A DNA stretch of 64,000 nt from Amoebidium appalachense (taxonomy: Eukaryota; Protista; Ichthyosporea), in NCBI GenBank assembly GCA_963693365.1, contig CAVNZM010000002.1, positions 16,339,615-16,403,614 on the forward strand, written 5' to 3'. The notes beneath the pieces were generated by a model. The model was not told where the DNA came from. It saw only the letters and a list, made by a program, of their open reading frames with translations, and searched no databases. The position numbers were made by a program, and so were the translations under genes. The stretch's first letter is position 1. Each line of letters opens with the position of its first letter. Below, piece after piece: positions 44,771 through 58,177 of this stretch.

Positions 44771-45621
44771 CATTACAACATTTTTGATACCACATCAATG
44801 ATTATTTGGCTGAAGGGGGACCCAGCACACCCGTGGTGCACGGTGGTGGTAGTGGTGATCACGGTGGGCGGGGGGCAGGGGAGGGGGAAGGGGGGGGGGG
44901 GGGGGGGGGGGGGGACTGTGCATGCCAGTGAGGCCCTGCTGAATCTAGATGTGATTCTCCTGTAAGAGGGTGGGGGAAGGGGGGAGGGGGGGGGGGGGGG
45001 AGGGGGGGGGGAGGGAGGGGTGAACCGACCATCCCTCAGTGACGGTGCTGCCATGCCTCCCTATGATATGACTCGGCCTGATGGTAGGTGTAAATTATTA
45101 TCATGCATTATGTGTCTGAATACATTCTCTAGTTTCTCTCTTTTGACCGGGCATGCCATGTTCCTTCCCTGCTGTTCTAGATCGATTTCGAGCCTATCTC
45201 TCTTGGGTTGTTTGACTTGCTCTGTTTGCCCTTGTCATCAGTGTGCCCTTAAGTTAACTTATAATTTATGATTTTTTCCTTCACTTTAGGAACAAACTCA
45301 ATCAGTAGTGGCACCCAATCAGAGGCCCACACTCTCTTATTTTCGCCAAACACCGTTTTAGTCCCGTTTCAGCCCTTTTTGGGTTTATGATAATCCCTCC
45401 CCAGCACAGAAACAATTTTCTAAAATCATGCGCCAACACCCGCAAACATACATCATCACGACCACAGCAGGTAAATGGGGGGGTCTCATTGGAGGCTGTT
45501 AAATGGAAAAGGAAGGGAGGGGGGAGGGGGAGGTGGGGGGGGGGGCATAAGAAATTATTGAAACCCGCGATGGTATCCTCCCCCCTCCCCCCCCCCCCCG
45601 ACCATCACCAACACACACACA

Positions 45622-45656
<35 letters not shown>

Positions 45657-46129
45657 AAAAACATGTCCGATTGCTGAGTCCCGGGTCCCCCTTTCCCCCA
45701 CCCCAAGTGCTTTTGACCAGTCCAGGTGGCTAACCCCCCAATCCTCCCCCCCCCTCCCCCCCCCCCCCCCCCCCCCCCCCCGCCCGCCGCAGCCCCAAGG
45801 CGCAGGTGCCCCCCCCTTCCCCCTCCCTCCCTCCCTCCCCCCCCCCCCCCCCCCCCCCCCCCCCTCTCAGCCCTTCAGGGTGAAGGTACTCACCAGTCGG
45901 GTGGGGTGGTGGGGCTCGCATCCCGCCCCCCCACCTCTCCCTTCCAAACACTTTCCCTCCCTTCCCCCCGTCTGCTGTAAGGTCTCTGTTGGCCAGCTCA
46001 GCTTCAATTCAATCAACCTTTAGTGGTGGGATAGGAGTAACGTTTTTGTGAACGCCGCTTGCGGGTGTGTGGTGTGTGAGAACATTTGTTAGTGTTTGGT
46101 ATTTCCATACGATTGCAGTGACATGCAGA

Positions 46130-46173
<44 letters not shown>

Positions 46174-46179
46174 TGTGTT

Positions 46180-46210
<31 letters not shown>

Positions 46211-46278
46211 GCTCACACGGTGCGTGTTATGACTGTGTGTGTGTGTGTGTGTGTGTCTGTCTGTGTGTGTGTGTGTGC

Positions 46279-46354
<76 letters not shown>

Positions 46355-48586
46355 ACGCACGCACCGTATGTGTGCATAGGTGTGTGCGTGTGCTTAATTG
46401 CACACTGTGCTCAATTTGTGTCATGTGATGCCGTGAGTGTGCGGAGTGTCTGCATGTGTCTGCCTGGACATACACGTGTATTTGTCATCTGTAACATGTG
46501 TGTGTGTCTGTGCGCATGTGTGTTGCAATACCATGACTCCATGCGAGTGTGCGGCAGAGCCAGGTCCCGGAAGGGGGGAGGGGGGGGGAGGGGGGGAGGG
46601 GAGAGGGGGGCAGAGGTGGGTGGGTGGGTGTGCGGGTGGGTGGATAGGGGGGAGGAGGCGGGGAGAGGGGAGGGCGGAGGAGGGGGAAGTGACAGAAAAT
46701 TTGAGAGAGGGAAAAGTACGCGTGTGCATGTGTGTTTGTTTGTGTGTGCGCGCGTGCATCTGCAGTGAGCTCGTCCGTGGTAGTGGTTATGTGCCAGGCT
46801 GCACGGACAGGTGTATGTGTGTGGGTGTGTGTGAGTGTGTGTGTGTGTATGTGTGCCTGTGTGTGGGGAGAGTGTGTGAGCCTCCAGTTTCTCTGAATGG
46901 TCTGCCACGGCACCAAACTTCCATTGACCATTCATATACACAGCTACTACTAGCAGTAGCAGTGAAATCAACACGCATGTGTGCATGCTCGTTGTGCATG
47001 TGCATGTGTGTGCATAATGTTGTCGTCTCTCTGTGTGTGTGCCACATATATGTTTGTTTCTCTCATATTGAATCTGTGTATGAGTGTCCACGGGCAAGTG
47101 GCCATGAAGGATCGCGTGTTTTTTGGTGTCTGTGCATGTGTATGAGCACGTGTGTGTAGGTTGTTTCTATGTGTCTGCCAGCCATGTTTGTGTGCAACAG
47201 TTTGAGTTTATGCTTCTGTCTCTCTACTGGCTATGTTTTGTTTGTGTGTGCCACAGCCCGTGTGTGTGTGTGTGTGTGTGTGTGTGGAAGTGTGTGACCG
47301 GGTATGTCAGTGTATGTCATTCAGACAACCTGTGTCTGCGCATATGCGCGTGTCACAGTGTGTGTGCGGTTCAACACGGTGTGCTTGCCACAGTGTGCAC
47401 ATGCCTTGTGTTTATCGTAGCTGTACACATGGCACAGAAGTGTGTGTGTTTGTGTAGAGGCTCGCACACATGGATGTTTCTGTACATAGTACATAGATTT
47501 AGGCAATCGAGGCCCGGAGGGGGGGGGGCGGAGGGCGGGGGGGGGGGGGGGGGGGGGGGAGGGGGAAACATCCGCAGGCGGTGATGTTGTGGGTACCCCC
47601 CGCACTTCCCCCTCCCCCTCCATCGAGTCTATCAACAATTCAATGATCCCAATAATACACGAGGGTTGCTATATATTATACGGAGCCAAATGCACAAGTG
47701 TCCCAAATAAACGGTCAGTAACTAGAAGTGTGGGTATTTGTAGTGGATGCAGTGGTGGTCCGGGAGAGAGGGGGGAGAGGGCGGAGCTGTTTACGTTAAA
47801 TAAAAGTGAGGTGGGTGGGTTGGGGTTGGGGGGGGGGGGAGCTGGGGTTATTGAACTCGGACTGAGGTTTCAAAAATTGATTCACGCACTGTTATGGGCT
47901 TTAGTGACACGTTTTGTTTACGGTTTTGTGAGCCCGTCCAAAGGGACAAATAAACCCGCTGCAACTGCAGCAACTTAAAGCCAGGTTAGTTTAATAATAC
48001 TGCAACACCAACACACTTGATGGATAATTGCCAATTGAAATCATAAGATTCGCTACTTAAGTGAGTTCCTGTGGCTCCCCCGGCTGGGAGACCTGGGGGG
48101 GCGAGGGGGGGGGGGGGGGGGGGAGGGAGGGAGAAGAGGAGGGGGGGATCTGGGGTAATCAAAAACCTTTTTATATTATTTTATTCCGTTTTGTTCCCGG
48201 AGGCACCCCTTGGGGCCCTCAAGGGGAACTACCGTCTTCCACCCAGCACCGACAGTACTCTAGATCTAGCTAGGGTGCTACGGTATTATTACATAGCTAA
48301 GCTAACACACCCTTAAACAATCCTAACTATATTTGCACACACTTAGCCCAGGGCATTCACCCCAGCCACGCCGGTGCACTGGGTAGGGTGATCAAAAAGA
48401 TCCAAGGGTTTTAATTCTGCTCCGTCTCGGGTATATACATATGTCGCCCTGAGGCCTCAGGAGTTAGCGCTAGCTATAGCGCTTTTCACTCTGAGCACTG
48501 ATTGCAATGCCCCCAGGACTGAGAATGTGCCAATATATTAATCAACAAGTGACGTCCTCTACATTCGAATTTGCAAGTGCCTGCAT

Positions 48587-49234
48587 CTACTCTACAGTTG
48601 TTTCCTCTGCCGGCAACAGGACATTGGGTACGATGCACTGGGTCAGGTTTGCGGTGGCATGGGTGCTGGCAGGGCCGCAGGAGCCGGGGTAGTCGGCGGT
48701 GTTGAACCACGTGACGGCCAGCTTGTAGCCCGTCACCGTGCGGTTGCTGTCGTGCGCCACAAACAGCCCCTCCACATACGCCCCCACTCGCGCCTGGTCG
48801 CGGTCGTCCGAGTACGTCTGCGTGCCGTTGGGCAGCTGCTGCGACAGGTACAGGTCACGCGCATCGAGGCACTCGCCGTGCGTGTGGTTGCCGTTGACAT
48901 AGCCGAGCCACGTGACGGCATTGCTGCAGAACGGGTTGGCGCCGGCCACGGGGGCAAAGGCCACGAGGTCAAAGACATACGTCACCGTGACGTCGCTGCC
49001 GTGTGCGGCATTGACCGTGGCGTAGGCGACCGTGTCGTTGCCCGGCAGCACACGCAGTGTCTCGGTGGCTGCCGTGACGGGGTTCAGCACCGACACGTCC
49101 ATGTAGCGCAGAGTGTAGCCCTGGCTCAGCGTGCAGTCGCCAACGTCGCGGCCGTTGTACGTCTGCACGGGAAGTCCGGCCACGCAGGCGGCCTGCAGGG
49201 AGACAGTCAGTGCGGCGATAGTCTTGAGGGCCAT
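48587..49234 (-). CDS. Intronless secreted protein of unknown family, 215 aa (copy 2)
   Basis: About 13 aa differences from copy 1 by manual comparison, including L14Q in the signal peptide core. Confidence 0.85.
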   Translation of the reverse strand: MALKTIAALTVSLQAACVAGLPVQTYNGRDVGDCTLSQGYTLRYMDVSVLNPVTAATETLRVLPGNDTVAYATVNAAHGSDVTVTYVFDLVAFAPVAGANPFCSNAVTWLGYVNGNHTHGECLDARDLYLSQQLPNGTQTYSDDRDQARVGAYVEGLFVAHDSNRTVTGYKLAVTWFNTADYPGSCGPASTHATANLTQCIVPNVLLPAEETTVE

Positions 49235-49365
49235 GTTGTTGCTTAGAAAGCTCGAGCTTTAGTGATTGATGTTTGAGCGTCTGGGGATTGGTGACCTTGT
49301 GACAGACCTGGCGAATTTGCTGTTGCAGCTAGTGCTTGCTGTTTGACTGGCGGAAAGGAGCTTGC

Positions 49366-49373
49366 TATTTATA
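49366..49373 (-). promoter_or_regulatory. Candidate TATA box of secreted gene copy 2
   Basis: TATAAATA on the minus strand ~130 nt upstream of the ATG, with a cluster of TTGAG motifs further upstream (49388-49430). Confidence 0.5.
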
Positions 49374-49909
49374 CAGCTTCGAGGCGTTGAGCAACTTGAG
49401 CCTCGAAGGACAACTTGAGACGTGTTGAGAGTCGAGCGGCGTAAGTAAGCTCAACAGTACGAATCAGAAGTACTGATTATGAACGTTGGGGTACTTCCTG
49501 GGCTCCAATCAGCAAGCATCAGATTCTAGAATTATCGCCCGCTGTTTTTATTTACTTATTTCCTTACTGATTTGCGTAAGCGTGGTCGATTATTTCGTAT
49601 AAAGGTAACATCCAGAATTTTTTGCATTTCAAGTGTTGATTTCGCTTCCTAATAATCCCAACACAGGTAAAGGCTCCGCATTTCTTAAACATCAGAGGAC
49701 CCAAATGGACGCATTCCTGTGATCATTCCAAACAAACAACAAAAGATGACGACGTTCACACGTGCTAATTCACACGTTGGAATATACATTCACATGACAC
49801 GGCACCCACAGGCCCTACTTAAACCCAACCACCCACGCACACACCAACTTTTCACACTTTTGTTACAGCCTTCCGCCTTACTCTTCCATCTTGATCATTC
49901 GATGAATTC

Positions 49910-50360
49910 ATGATAACGGCCGACCCGTCATCCGAGCCGGAAACTGCAACTGATTCGTTTTACGGCACCCTGTTTAAACGTAACCCGACCTGTACGGCCA
50001 CGAATCTGGGGCATGCGCCCCCTCCTGTTTTTGTTCCACCCGCCGACACACCACCACCCCCACACACGGCGTGGCTAGCGGGGCCGGCTGAGTTTGGGCT
50101 GAACTGGTGGCACACTTTACCGCAGATGCGGTATGGCAGTTAGTCTCCCGCTACTTGCCCCGCAAAGCGTGTGGGCCGGACGGCATCCCTATGGCACTAC
50201 TTGAGGTACTCATTCCACCCCGCCCCGAGAAAGACGAACAGCGTGGCCCGCCGCCACCCCTTGCGTGTATTCTTAGCGAATTGTTTGGCTGGTACCAGGC
50301 CGTGAAGGGTTTGAGCAAATCTGGTGAAAAAGGGGTAGTTCTGGTGCAAACAGGGTAAAA
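49910..50360 (+). mobile_element. Decayed non-LTR retrotransposon (LINE) ORF2 fragment, pre-RT/RT N-terminal region
   Basis: Consecutive motifs FYGTLF, HFTADAVWQLV..RKACGPDGIPMALL (KAPGPDG motif) and LACILSELF..GVVLV across a frameshift and a stop. Possible degenerate YADD (CADDL) at 50939-50953. Confidence 0.7.
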
Positions 50361-50967
50361 CGCACCCGAAAGCACCGGATTTCACCCCTGAGCGCACAGG
50401 AATGCGCGCGGCGCCATCAGAACGGAAGCACCACTGGTTGTATTGCTTTTTATTGCGCGCCGATTGGTTGCCTGCAGAAGGTAAATCTGGTGCTTTTGCG
50501 GCGGCCTTCCTATTGGTGGAGCCGGCACCGTTCTCGTGGACGCGTGACCCATTATGCATGATGACGTAGCCATTTATTTTTGGAGGCGTCGCACTACGAG
50601 GCCCCCCGTCCCGGCTGCTGGACATGCACAGCATGCCGACAGCCAAAATTTTCGAAGTCCTCACCACCCGAGGTCTAATTACAGCTTCTAAGTCATTACT
50701 TTTGTACATTTTTTCAAGGTTACCACTCAACCACAAGCATACAGTAAAACTGCCCTCACAGTTAACTGTCATCACACCAAGGCCGGTAGGCAGCAAACTT
50801 ATGATAAAAGAATCTGAAAAGTCTAACAGCTTACTTACCGAGTTCGGCTTGCCGTGGGTACCCGTAGTCCACAGTTGACCTTGATGTAGCCGTTGGCAAA
50901 CAACGGTAACTGAAGCAGTGTTGAAAAGCTGAGCTGACTGTGCAGATGACCTTTGGCAACACCTGCC

Positions 50968-51026
<59 letters not shown>

Positions 51027-52571
51027 TGTGTATGTGTGTGTGGGAGCGCGTGGATGTTGTGTTTGTGTGTCACGTGTGTGTGCTGGTGCATGTGTGTTTG
51101 TGTGTGCCCGTAGGGCCTTGGAAAAAACATCGTTGTATGAGAAAGGTGTTCTGTACACGATTTTCATGGGAAAATGAATTTCTGTTTCATCATCACCGCA
51201 TTGGACGGATTAAACTGTGGGCTGATAAAATCAAACGTGCCACCCGTACATCTTAAGCCAACCGGACTGGACGTTTGGGACCGGATCATTGCTGCCTTAA
51301 AGCACCGCGAGAAGCATACAGCAAATATCCGGGCCATTGCTCATCGTCTGGCACGGGTGTGGAAGGTAACACGATTCAGGATTTGGGACATAAATTCAAC
51401 GGACAAGTTGTTTGACGCGCTTCAATGTGACATTAGCGGTTCGGATTACCTCACGGGTGTCCCGCTGGATGGGTCTAGCCGTCCGCTATTCCGAGACAAC
51501 GTGGTACCCCCTTGTCACCCCTCACGTGACAATCATAACCGCTACATGCGTTAAATGCACTGGCGTGTCTACGCGTGTGTTGTGTTCCATCGATGCCGAG
51601 CTTCGCACCCGACGTCGCCGTGAAAGGATGGACCACAAGGAGATTTACATTGTCAATCCCATAGAAAACATAGCGGGTACCCATTTCTTCGATGGCGACT
51701 GCACTGAATATGGCAGGGAATTTCAAAGCCCAACCTCGGTTTGCACAACGTGCAATTCCAAGGGCACGGTGCGGGGCAACGTTTTAATACTTCCTAGAAT
51801 TCTCTTCGTCCACATCATTTATGTGACAAGGCTAAAACATACAAAATATATATGCTGTCCGCCGGCGGGGGCCCCGGGGTTTTATTCCATGTGAGCGGTA
51901 CTTAGTCTATGTAAACCCAATTTAACATTGTGATGTAAGAATAATTAAGAATACAAGATGATTACGACTATATTATAATGGTGCCATGGCTTCTGTAAGG
52001 TAAATGCAATGGCGATAAATACATACAAACCACATGATACTACACCATTTGCAACGAGTTGGTAAAATCCTGCTATCAGTGGCCATGATTTCTTTTCGAC
52101 CAACACAAAAAAGCAACAAGCTCAGGACACTATAATGATTATACCACAAACCCCCCCCCCCCCCTCCCCCCCCCCCCCCCCCCCCCCTGGTCCCCCCCGA
52201 ATACATCATTTGCACCAAGATGATAAAGAACTGGTAACAGTAGACATGATCTTTTTCCCAAAACATGTCATAAGCTAAGGTCACGACAATGATTGTTTAT
52301 ACCCCCCTCCTCCTCCCCCCTCCCCCCCTCCCCCCCCCCCCCCCCCCCCCCCCCCGGGCGCGCACACACTATGTTTCTCCCACCACGTCATACAAACCCT
52401 CTGACCCCCCTGTCACCTAGGGTAGTAGGGGGGGGGGGGGGGGGGGGGGGGGGAGGGGGGGGCATTTTGGCCTGCCCGATACTCACCCTAGACCAGTCCC
52501 TGGATTTTAATTAGAGATGACAACACTTTGGCCTGGACGACACTTTGGCCTGCAACACCCCCCCCCCCCAA

Positions 52572-52654
<83 letters not shown>

Positions 52655-53414
52655 CCCTTGCCAACTGATAACCTCCCTGCTGTCTACCTTGGGGTGATGT
52701 TTTACCTTTTTTGGCTAGCTCATACCGCCTTGTAAACCGCAGAGGTTCGAGGAAAAAAACAATTGTGGTAAACGTTGTGCAATGGCTGGAATAATGGTGC
52801 CCCCGGGGGGGGGGGGGGGGGGCAACAGGCCCTGGGGACATTGCAAAGAGCATCCATGATTGGCTTAACAGGCTTCATGGAGGGTAGATGGCTACGGACA
52901 GGTTGAAAGCATCGTCTGAACGAGTTTTTTCACCAAGAGGCCTGCATTTACCCTCCCAACACAAACGCAAACCACCACGCTTCATATCCGGCTGTTTTTA
53001 AATTCAATTTCAGAAAATTAGCTATCGCAGGGTTTGGAATTCCTAACCAGATAAGATGACTGGTTGGCTTCCCAGGTATATTATAACTGCACCTGCAAAA
53101 CCAATCAGGTTCTTTTAATCAGATAACCATATTAATGACAGAAGAAAGTATGTGTTGTGCACAGCACACTCAAACTGTACATAGTATTACGCTATAGATA
53201 GATACCACACTGCACATGTAAACACTGTCAACTAGTCCGGCGTGGCCTCGATATTGAGTTGGGATATACGATATATCTCATTTTTACTTATTAATTTACG
53301 CAAACAGTTCAGGTAATTTCCCATCACATCAGGTTTTCCCGAGCTCATCCCTCGTTTAGCCCTGTAACTGTTGTGTTAAGTTTCTCCCGAAGTGACATAA
53401 TCATACACAGAATT

Positions 53415-53675
53415 CCAAAGCTAAAACCGTGTGTATGGAAAAACAACAAAACACCCATCCGCTGGGCATATCAGACAACTACTATAGACAGCGATATAGA
53501 CACCAGACTTTTAAAGTCATCACGTTTTGCCAACGTTCGATTCTTTTCCACCAAAGCTAAACCGTGTGTAGTGAAAAACAACATACACCCATACCTTGGC
53601 ATATCAGACAACTACTATAGACAGCGACATACAGACCAGACTTTTTAGATCATCTGTTTCTACACACGTTCGATT
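53415..53675. repeat. ~136-bp diverged tandem duplication in the AKR 3' flank
   Basis: CCAAAGCTAAA..GGCATATCAGACAACTACTATAGACAGCGA..ACGTTCGATT occurs twice. Confidence 0.85.
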
Positions 53676-53693
53676 TTTTAATATCACAGACAC

Positions 53694-54269
53694 CTACTGC
53701 TGATAGGCCTCGTGGAAGGTGCTCCTGTTCCCCTCATACCTATCACCCGCAATCTGTTCCCACGGCACAGCAGCCTCAATCTCAGCAAGATCTTCGGCCG
53801 TCAGCAAATCAGAAAGGGCCGCGGCTGCCGCATTTTCAGCCAGGCGGGCGGGGTTTTTCGTGCCCGGAATGGGAACGACATCTTTGCCCCGGCTGTGCAC
53901 CCAGGCAAGGGCAAGCTGGGCCGTAGTGACGTTCTTCCTGTTGGGGTTTCGCCATAATTACTATTTATTCTCATTTAGTTCTAGTTTGGCCATAATCAAT
54001 TTATTCTCATTTAGTTCTAGTTTGGCCATAATCAATATTTATTCTGATTCAGTTCTAGTTTGGCCATAATTAATATTTATTCTCATTTAGTTCTAGTTTG
54101 GCCATAATTAATGTTTATTCTGATTTAGTTCTAGTTTGGCCATAATCAAAATCTATTCTCATTTAGTTCTAGTGATGTGGTTTTATTTGGCTCGAGATTT
54201 CATTTGTGGCAGGGTAGCAGCGGTAGAGTGAAGCCTCTTAGTGTGTGCACAAGTGTGTACAATCTTTTT

Positions 54270-54333
<64 letters not shown>

Positions 54334-55160
54334 GGGGGATTGGTGTGTTGGAATAGGGATACTCGGTATGTTGGGCTGTCGTGTAGGGGAGGCCTGGGGG
54401 TTATGGTGGTGATGTTCTGCGTGGTGTGCGCTGTGCGTGTGTGTATGTGTGTATGTGTGCTTGCACCAGGTGCATTACCCTTTAGATGACATAGCACTTA
54501 CTTTACTGTGACCATCCAAAATGACACTTTCCCGTGTGTGTGCCTTGTGTGCTACGGTGTGTGTGTGTGTGTACATGTCTGTACCTGTGTGTTTCGCATA
54601 TTTGTGCATGTGCATGTGCCCACATTTATGTGTATGTGCCACGTCGTTTGTGTATGTCTACCACGACCTATTGGTGTGCAATTCTGTTGGTGTTACGGTT
54701 TCTATACAGAATCTCTCTCTAATTGCTGCTAATTTTGCTGCTGCTGGTGGTGGTAGTGGTGGCCGGGTTTCCTCTTTTTGTGTGTGTGCGTGTGTGTGTT
54801 GGGGAGGGGGGGGAAGGGGTGGGGGTTTGAATGCGTCAAAAAGTACGAAGTACACAAGAACAAACGGATAACACGATGCAGAATGCAAGCCATACATAAA
54901 GAGTATGCATAATAAGCAGAGCCCATCCTCAGGGGGGGCCCACGTCATCCACAGTACCCGAGTTTCGACCTATTCACCTCGTTAACGAAACCCAACTCAG
55001 ATACTGTTTCACTTGAACATGGGTAGGTCACCCGTCTTGATCAGAGACGAGCAGGGTTGCTTATGCAGGCAAGGGCAGTGAGAAAGGCCGGGGGTTAAAG
55101 TTGCAGCAGTAAGCAGAAGCAAGAAAAATATAGATAGGAACTTAGGGGGATGTGTGTGTG

Positions 55161-55197
<37 letters not shown>

Positions 55198-55805
55198 GGG
55201 CTCCAAACCTTTTTGCAATTGCAGCCAGATCATGAACGAATTTCATGTTCTTTGCAAAGTTCTCGGCGGTAAACCGCGGATTGTTCCGCCTCCAATCATT
55301 GGCCGGTAGGTCATCGAGGGAGCTAAATGCTGCGGCCAGCATGCCCCGGCCAAGGGGGGAGTATGCCACAATGCCAATGCCTAGTTCCCTGCAGGTGGTG
55401 GGTGGATTAGCAGTGTGGGCAGGACGAGCATAGATGCTACTGTGTGCATGCGATAGAGAGGAGGGAGTAAAGGGGGGGGGGGGGGGGGGAGGGGGGAGGG
55501 GGGGGGAGGGGGTTTGAATGTGTTTCAGAGCATGAAGTACACTTTCATGATGGACAACCACAACGCAAGATAATTATACATGCAAAACGCACATCATAAG
55601 TATATCCCATCCTAGGAGGAGGAGGAGGAGAGGGGTAGGGGGGAGGGGGGAGGGGGGGGGAGGGGAGGGGGCGGGGATGAAGTAGCCAGGGAGGTCCCGT
55701 TCCCTTTTTGGCTGAGGCTTAGGACAGAACTTGGTGTAGAATGATGGTGAGGTCGGAGGGCAACGGGGTTAGGTATTTCAATGGTTCGGCACAGGAAGGG
55801 GAAGA

Positions 55806-55847
<42 letters not shown>

Positions 55848-56882
55848 ATATTCAGGCACTACAAAAGACAAAGCAGATAGTTTGCATGAATTTAGCCAAC
55901 CCTGAATGAGCGGGCACACATGACGAATAACTTATCCGATGCATGAATGTATTTCTCGAACAGAGCTTTGCAGGGTAGCTCATGCAACTTGACACGTGTG
56001 TTACTGTCCTCAAGGCGTGTGAACAGGTTCCAGTGTTTGTGGGTGTGTGCACCCAAGCACGAGCGTGTGGTGCAATGTTTGTCCCGTGCTACGTTGGTGT
56101 ATGGTGTGGAGAGAGTATGAGCGGCCGGGAGAGAGGGGGGGGGGGGGGGGGGGGAGGTGTGTGTGTGTGGAGGAGGGGGGGGGAGGGCTCATTTTCAGTA
56201 CCTGGCGGTAGGAACGACGTCCTTCTCCAAGTCACGTGACCACAGGGACCATTCCATCTGGATGGCTGTGATTGGATGGATGGCATGGGCCCTGCGCAGA
56301 TTGGTGGCACTGACCTCCGACAGGCCAATGTACTTGATCTTGCCTGGAGGGGGTTGATGTGAAAGTTAACAATATATATATAGAGCCAAATAATATGCCA
56401 AAAAAGCAGGGGGAAAATAGAAAGAAAGGAAAGAAGGAGGGAAGAAGAAAAGGACGGAGGGGGTGTGTTTTTGGTGGTTGGCCGGGGGGGGGGGGGGGGG
56501 GGGGGGGGGGGAGGACAGGAAAAAGAGGGAAAAAGGGGAGGGGGGGGAGAGGAAGAGAGCACCTGGCAGAGACTCTTAGGAAAAGGGAATCGAGACTATA
56601 CTCAAAGCCTTGGGGAGAGAGAGGGGAGGGAGGGAGAATATAGACGAGTAAATAAGACGGGGGGAGGAGGCACGGGTGGGGAGAGGTGGTAAGAATCCAC
56701 AGTTCAGTTAAGTGAAACAGCTAACGCGTAACTGGGCACACGAACACATGCAAAGGCTCCACGATCAGCTATGTGCAGCAACAACCATACGTGCGTAGCA
56801 TACACAGCACTCCCAGAGTGGCCCACAGATTCTCGCTATCAAACATAGACCAGACTCCTCCCCCCCCCCCTCCCCCCTCCTC

Positions 56883-56925
<43 letters not shown>

Positions 56926-58177
56926 ACCACCTACCACAAATTCAGCGACGCCCACTCTCTGCCTCCTTTCCCAAACCAATCTGTTTCTATAGAGCTTCCC
57001 ACACATAGACACCCACACATGCTTTAGTCTTGTACACACACTCTCTCTTCTCTCTCAGGCCTCGAGGGTTGCTCGGTGAGCATAAAGTGTATGTGAGCTT
57101 GTGCGCGGACACACACACACAGAGGGAGGGAGGGAGGGACAACACATACGAATTGATGAGAAAGAGAGACAAAGAGAGAGAGACAAAGAACTTCAACCCC
57201 CCTCTTCCCCCCCCCCCCCCCCCTCCCCCCCAACCTCCCTCTCCCCTCCTCCCACCCTCCCCCCCTTTCCCCCCCCCCCCCCCCCCCCCACACACACACA
57301 CCTTCCTCCACCAGCTTCTTCAGCTCCCTCATAGTCTCCTCGATGGGGACCTTCGGGTCCACCCTATGCTGGTAGTACAAATCAATGCACTCGATGCCAA
57401 GAGCACGCAGTGAATCCTCGCAGGACCGGCGCACATTCTCAGGGGAAGAATCCAGTGCCATGGCGCCATTGCGGAACTCGATGCCAAACTTTGTGGCAAT
57501 GATGAATTGGTCACGACGGCCAGCGATCGCACGCCCCACGAGCTCTTCGTTGCGTTCTCCCTTGAAATTGCTGCAGAAATGATGAGTATTGTGTATGTGT
57601 ACAAATCATCAGATGACGCACAAAGAGTGTTAGTTTATGTAGGCGCGAAGGTGTGTGATAGAGCCTTTCGTTTGCATGTTGTGTGCAGCGCTCTGTGGGA
57701 GGCATAAGGAGTGGCAGGGGAAAGTATGGTGAGGGAGAGTTGGTGGGTTACCTTGTATTTTCAATTACCTTTGCAAGCAACAACTTTACCAGCTCGCTAT
57801 TTACATGACATCTGGAAGCTAGATGGGCGGAAAAACGGAGTGCGTTAGAGGCACGAGGAAGGGGCGAGAATGTTGGTTAGGGGAAGGAGGGATGGTGGGC
57901 ATAGGTCAGAGCAGCTAAATGACCGTGAGATGATTCTGAGGCTATGACTGGGGAACAATTTGTGTTGTTGAGGCGGGTGCACCTACCGGTAGAGGTACGC
58001 CGTGTCCAAGAAGTTTATCCCCAACTCCAGCGCCTTGTCGAAAGTGGCCAAGGACACCTCCTCATGTTCCTTCTGTGACTCCACATAGGCCGCAGTCATC
58101 CCCATGCACCCCAATCCTTGGCGTGACACCACCAGACCCTGTGGCCCTAGGGGAACTTTCTCAATGTGGGCGGACAT
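53694..58177 (-). CDS. Aldo-keto reductase, AKR13 (YakC/IN2-2-like), 341 aa. Exons 58177-57987, 57570-57302, 56343-56202, 55388-55209, 53937-53694
   Basis: GT-AG splicing gives 1026 nt in frame. Motifs [77 protein letters not shown]. Confidence 0.95.
53951..54173. repeat. AT-rich 36-38 bp minisatellite, six units, abutting the last AKR acceptor
   Basis: GCCATAATYAATATTTATTCTSATTTAGTTCTAGTTTG repeated head-to-tail without spacers. Confidence 0.92.
54827..54996 (-). repeat. Dispersed intronic repeat, copy 3 (longest, ~170 nt)
   Basis: Reverse complement matches copies 1, 2 and 4. Lies in AKR intron 4, sense to the gene. Confidence 0.9.

Noticed and set aside
53951-54173. CRISPR-like array of ~37-bp repeats
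   Set aside because: Units are contiguous with no unique spacers, there are no cas genes, and it lies in a eukaryotic intron.
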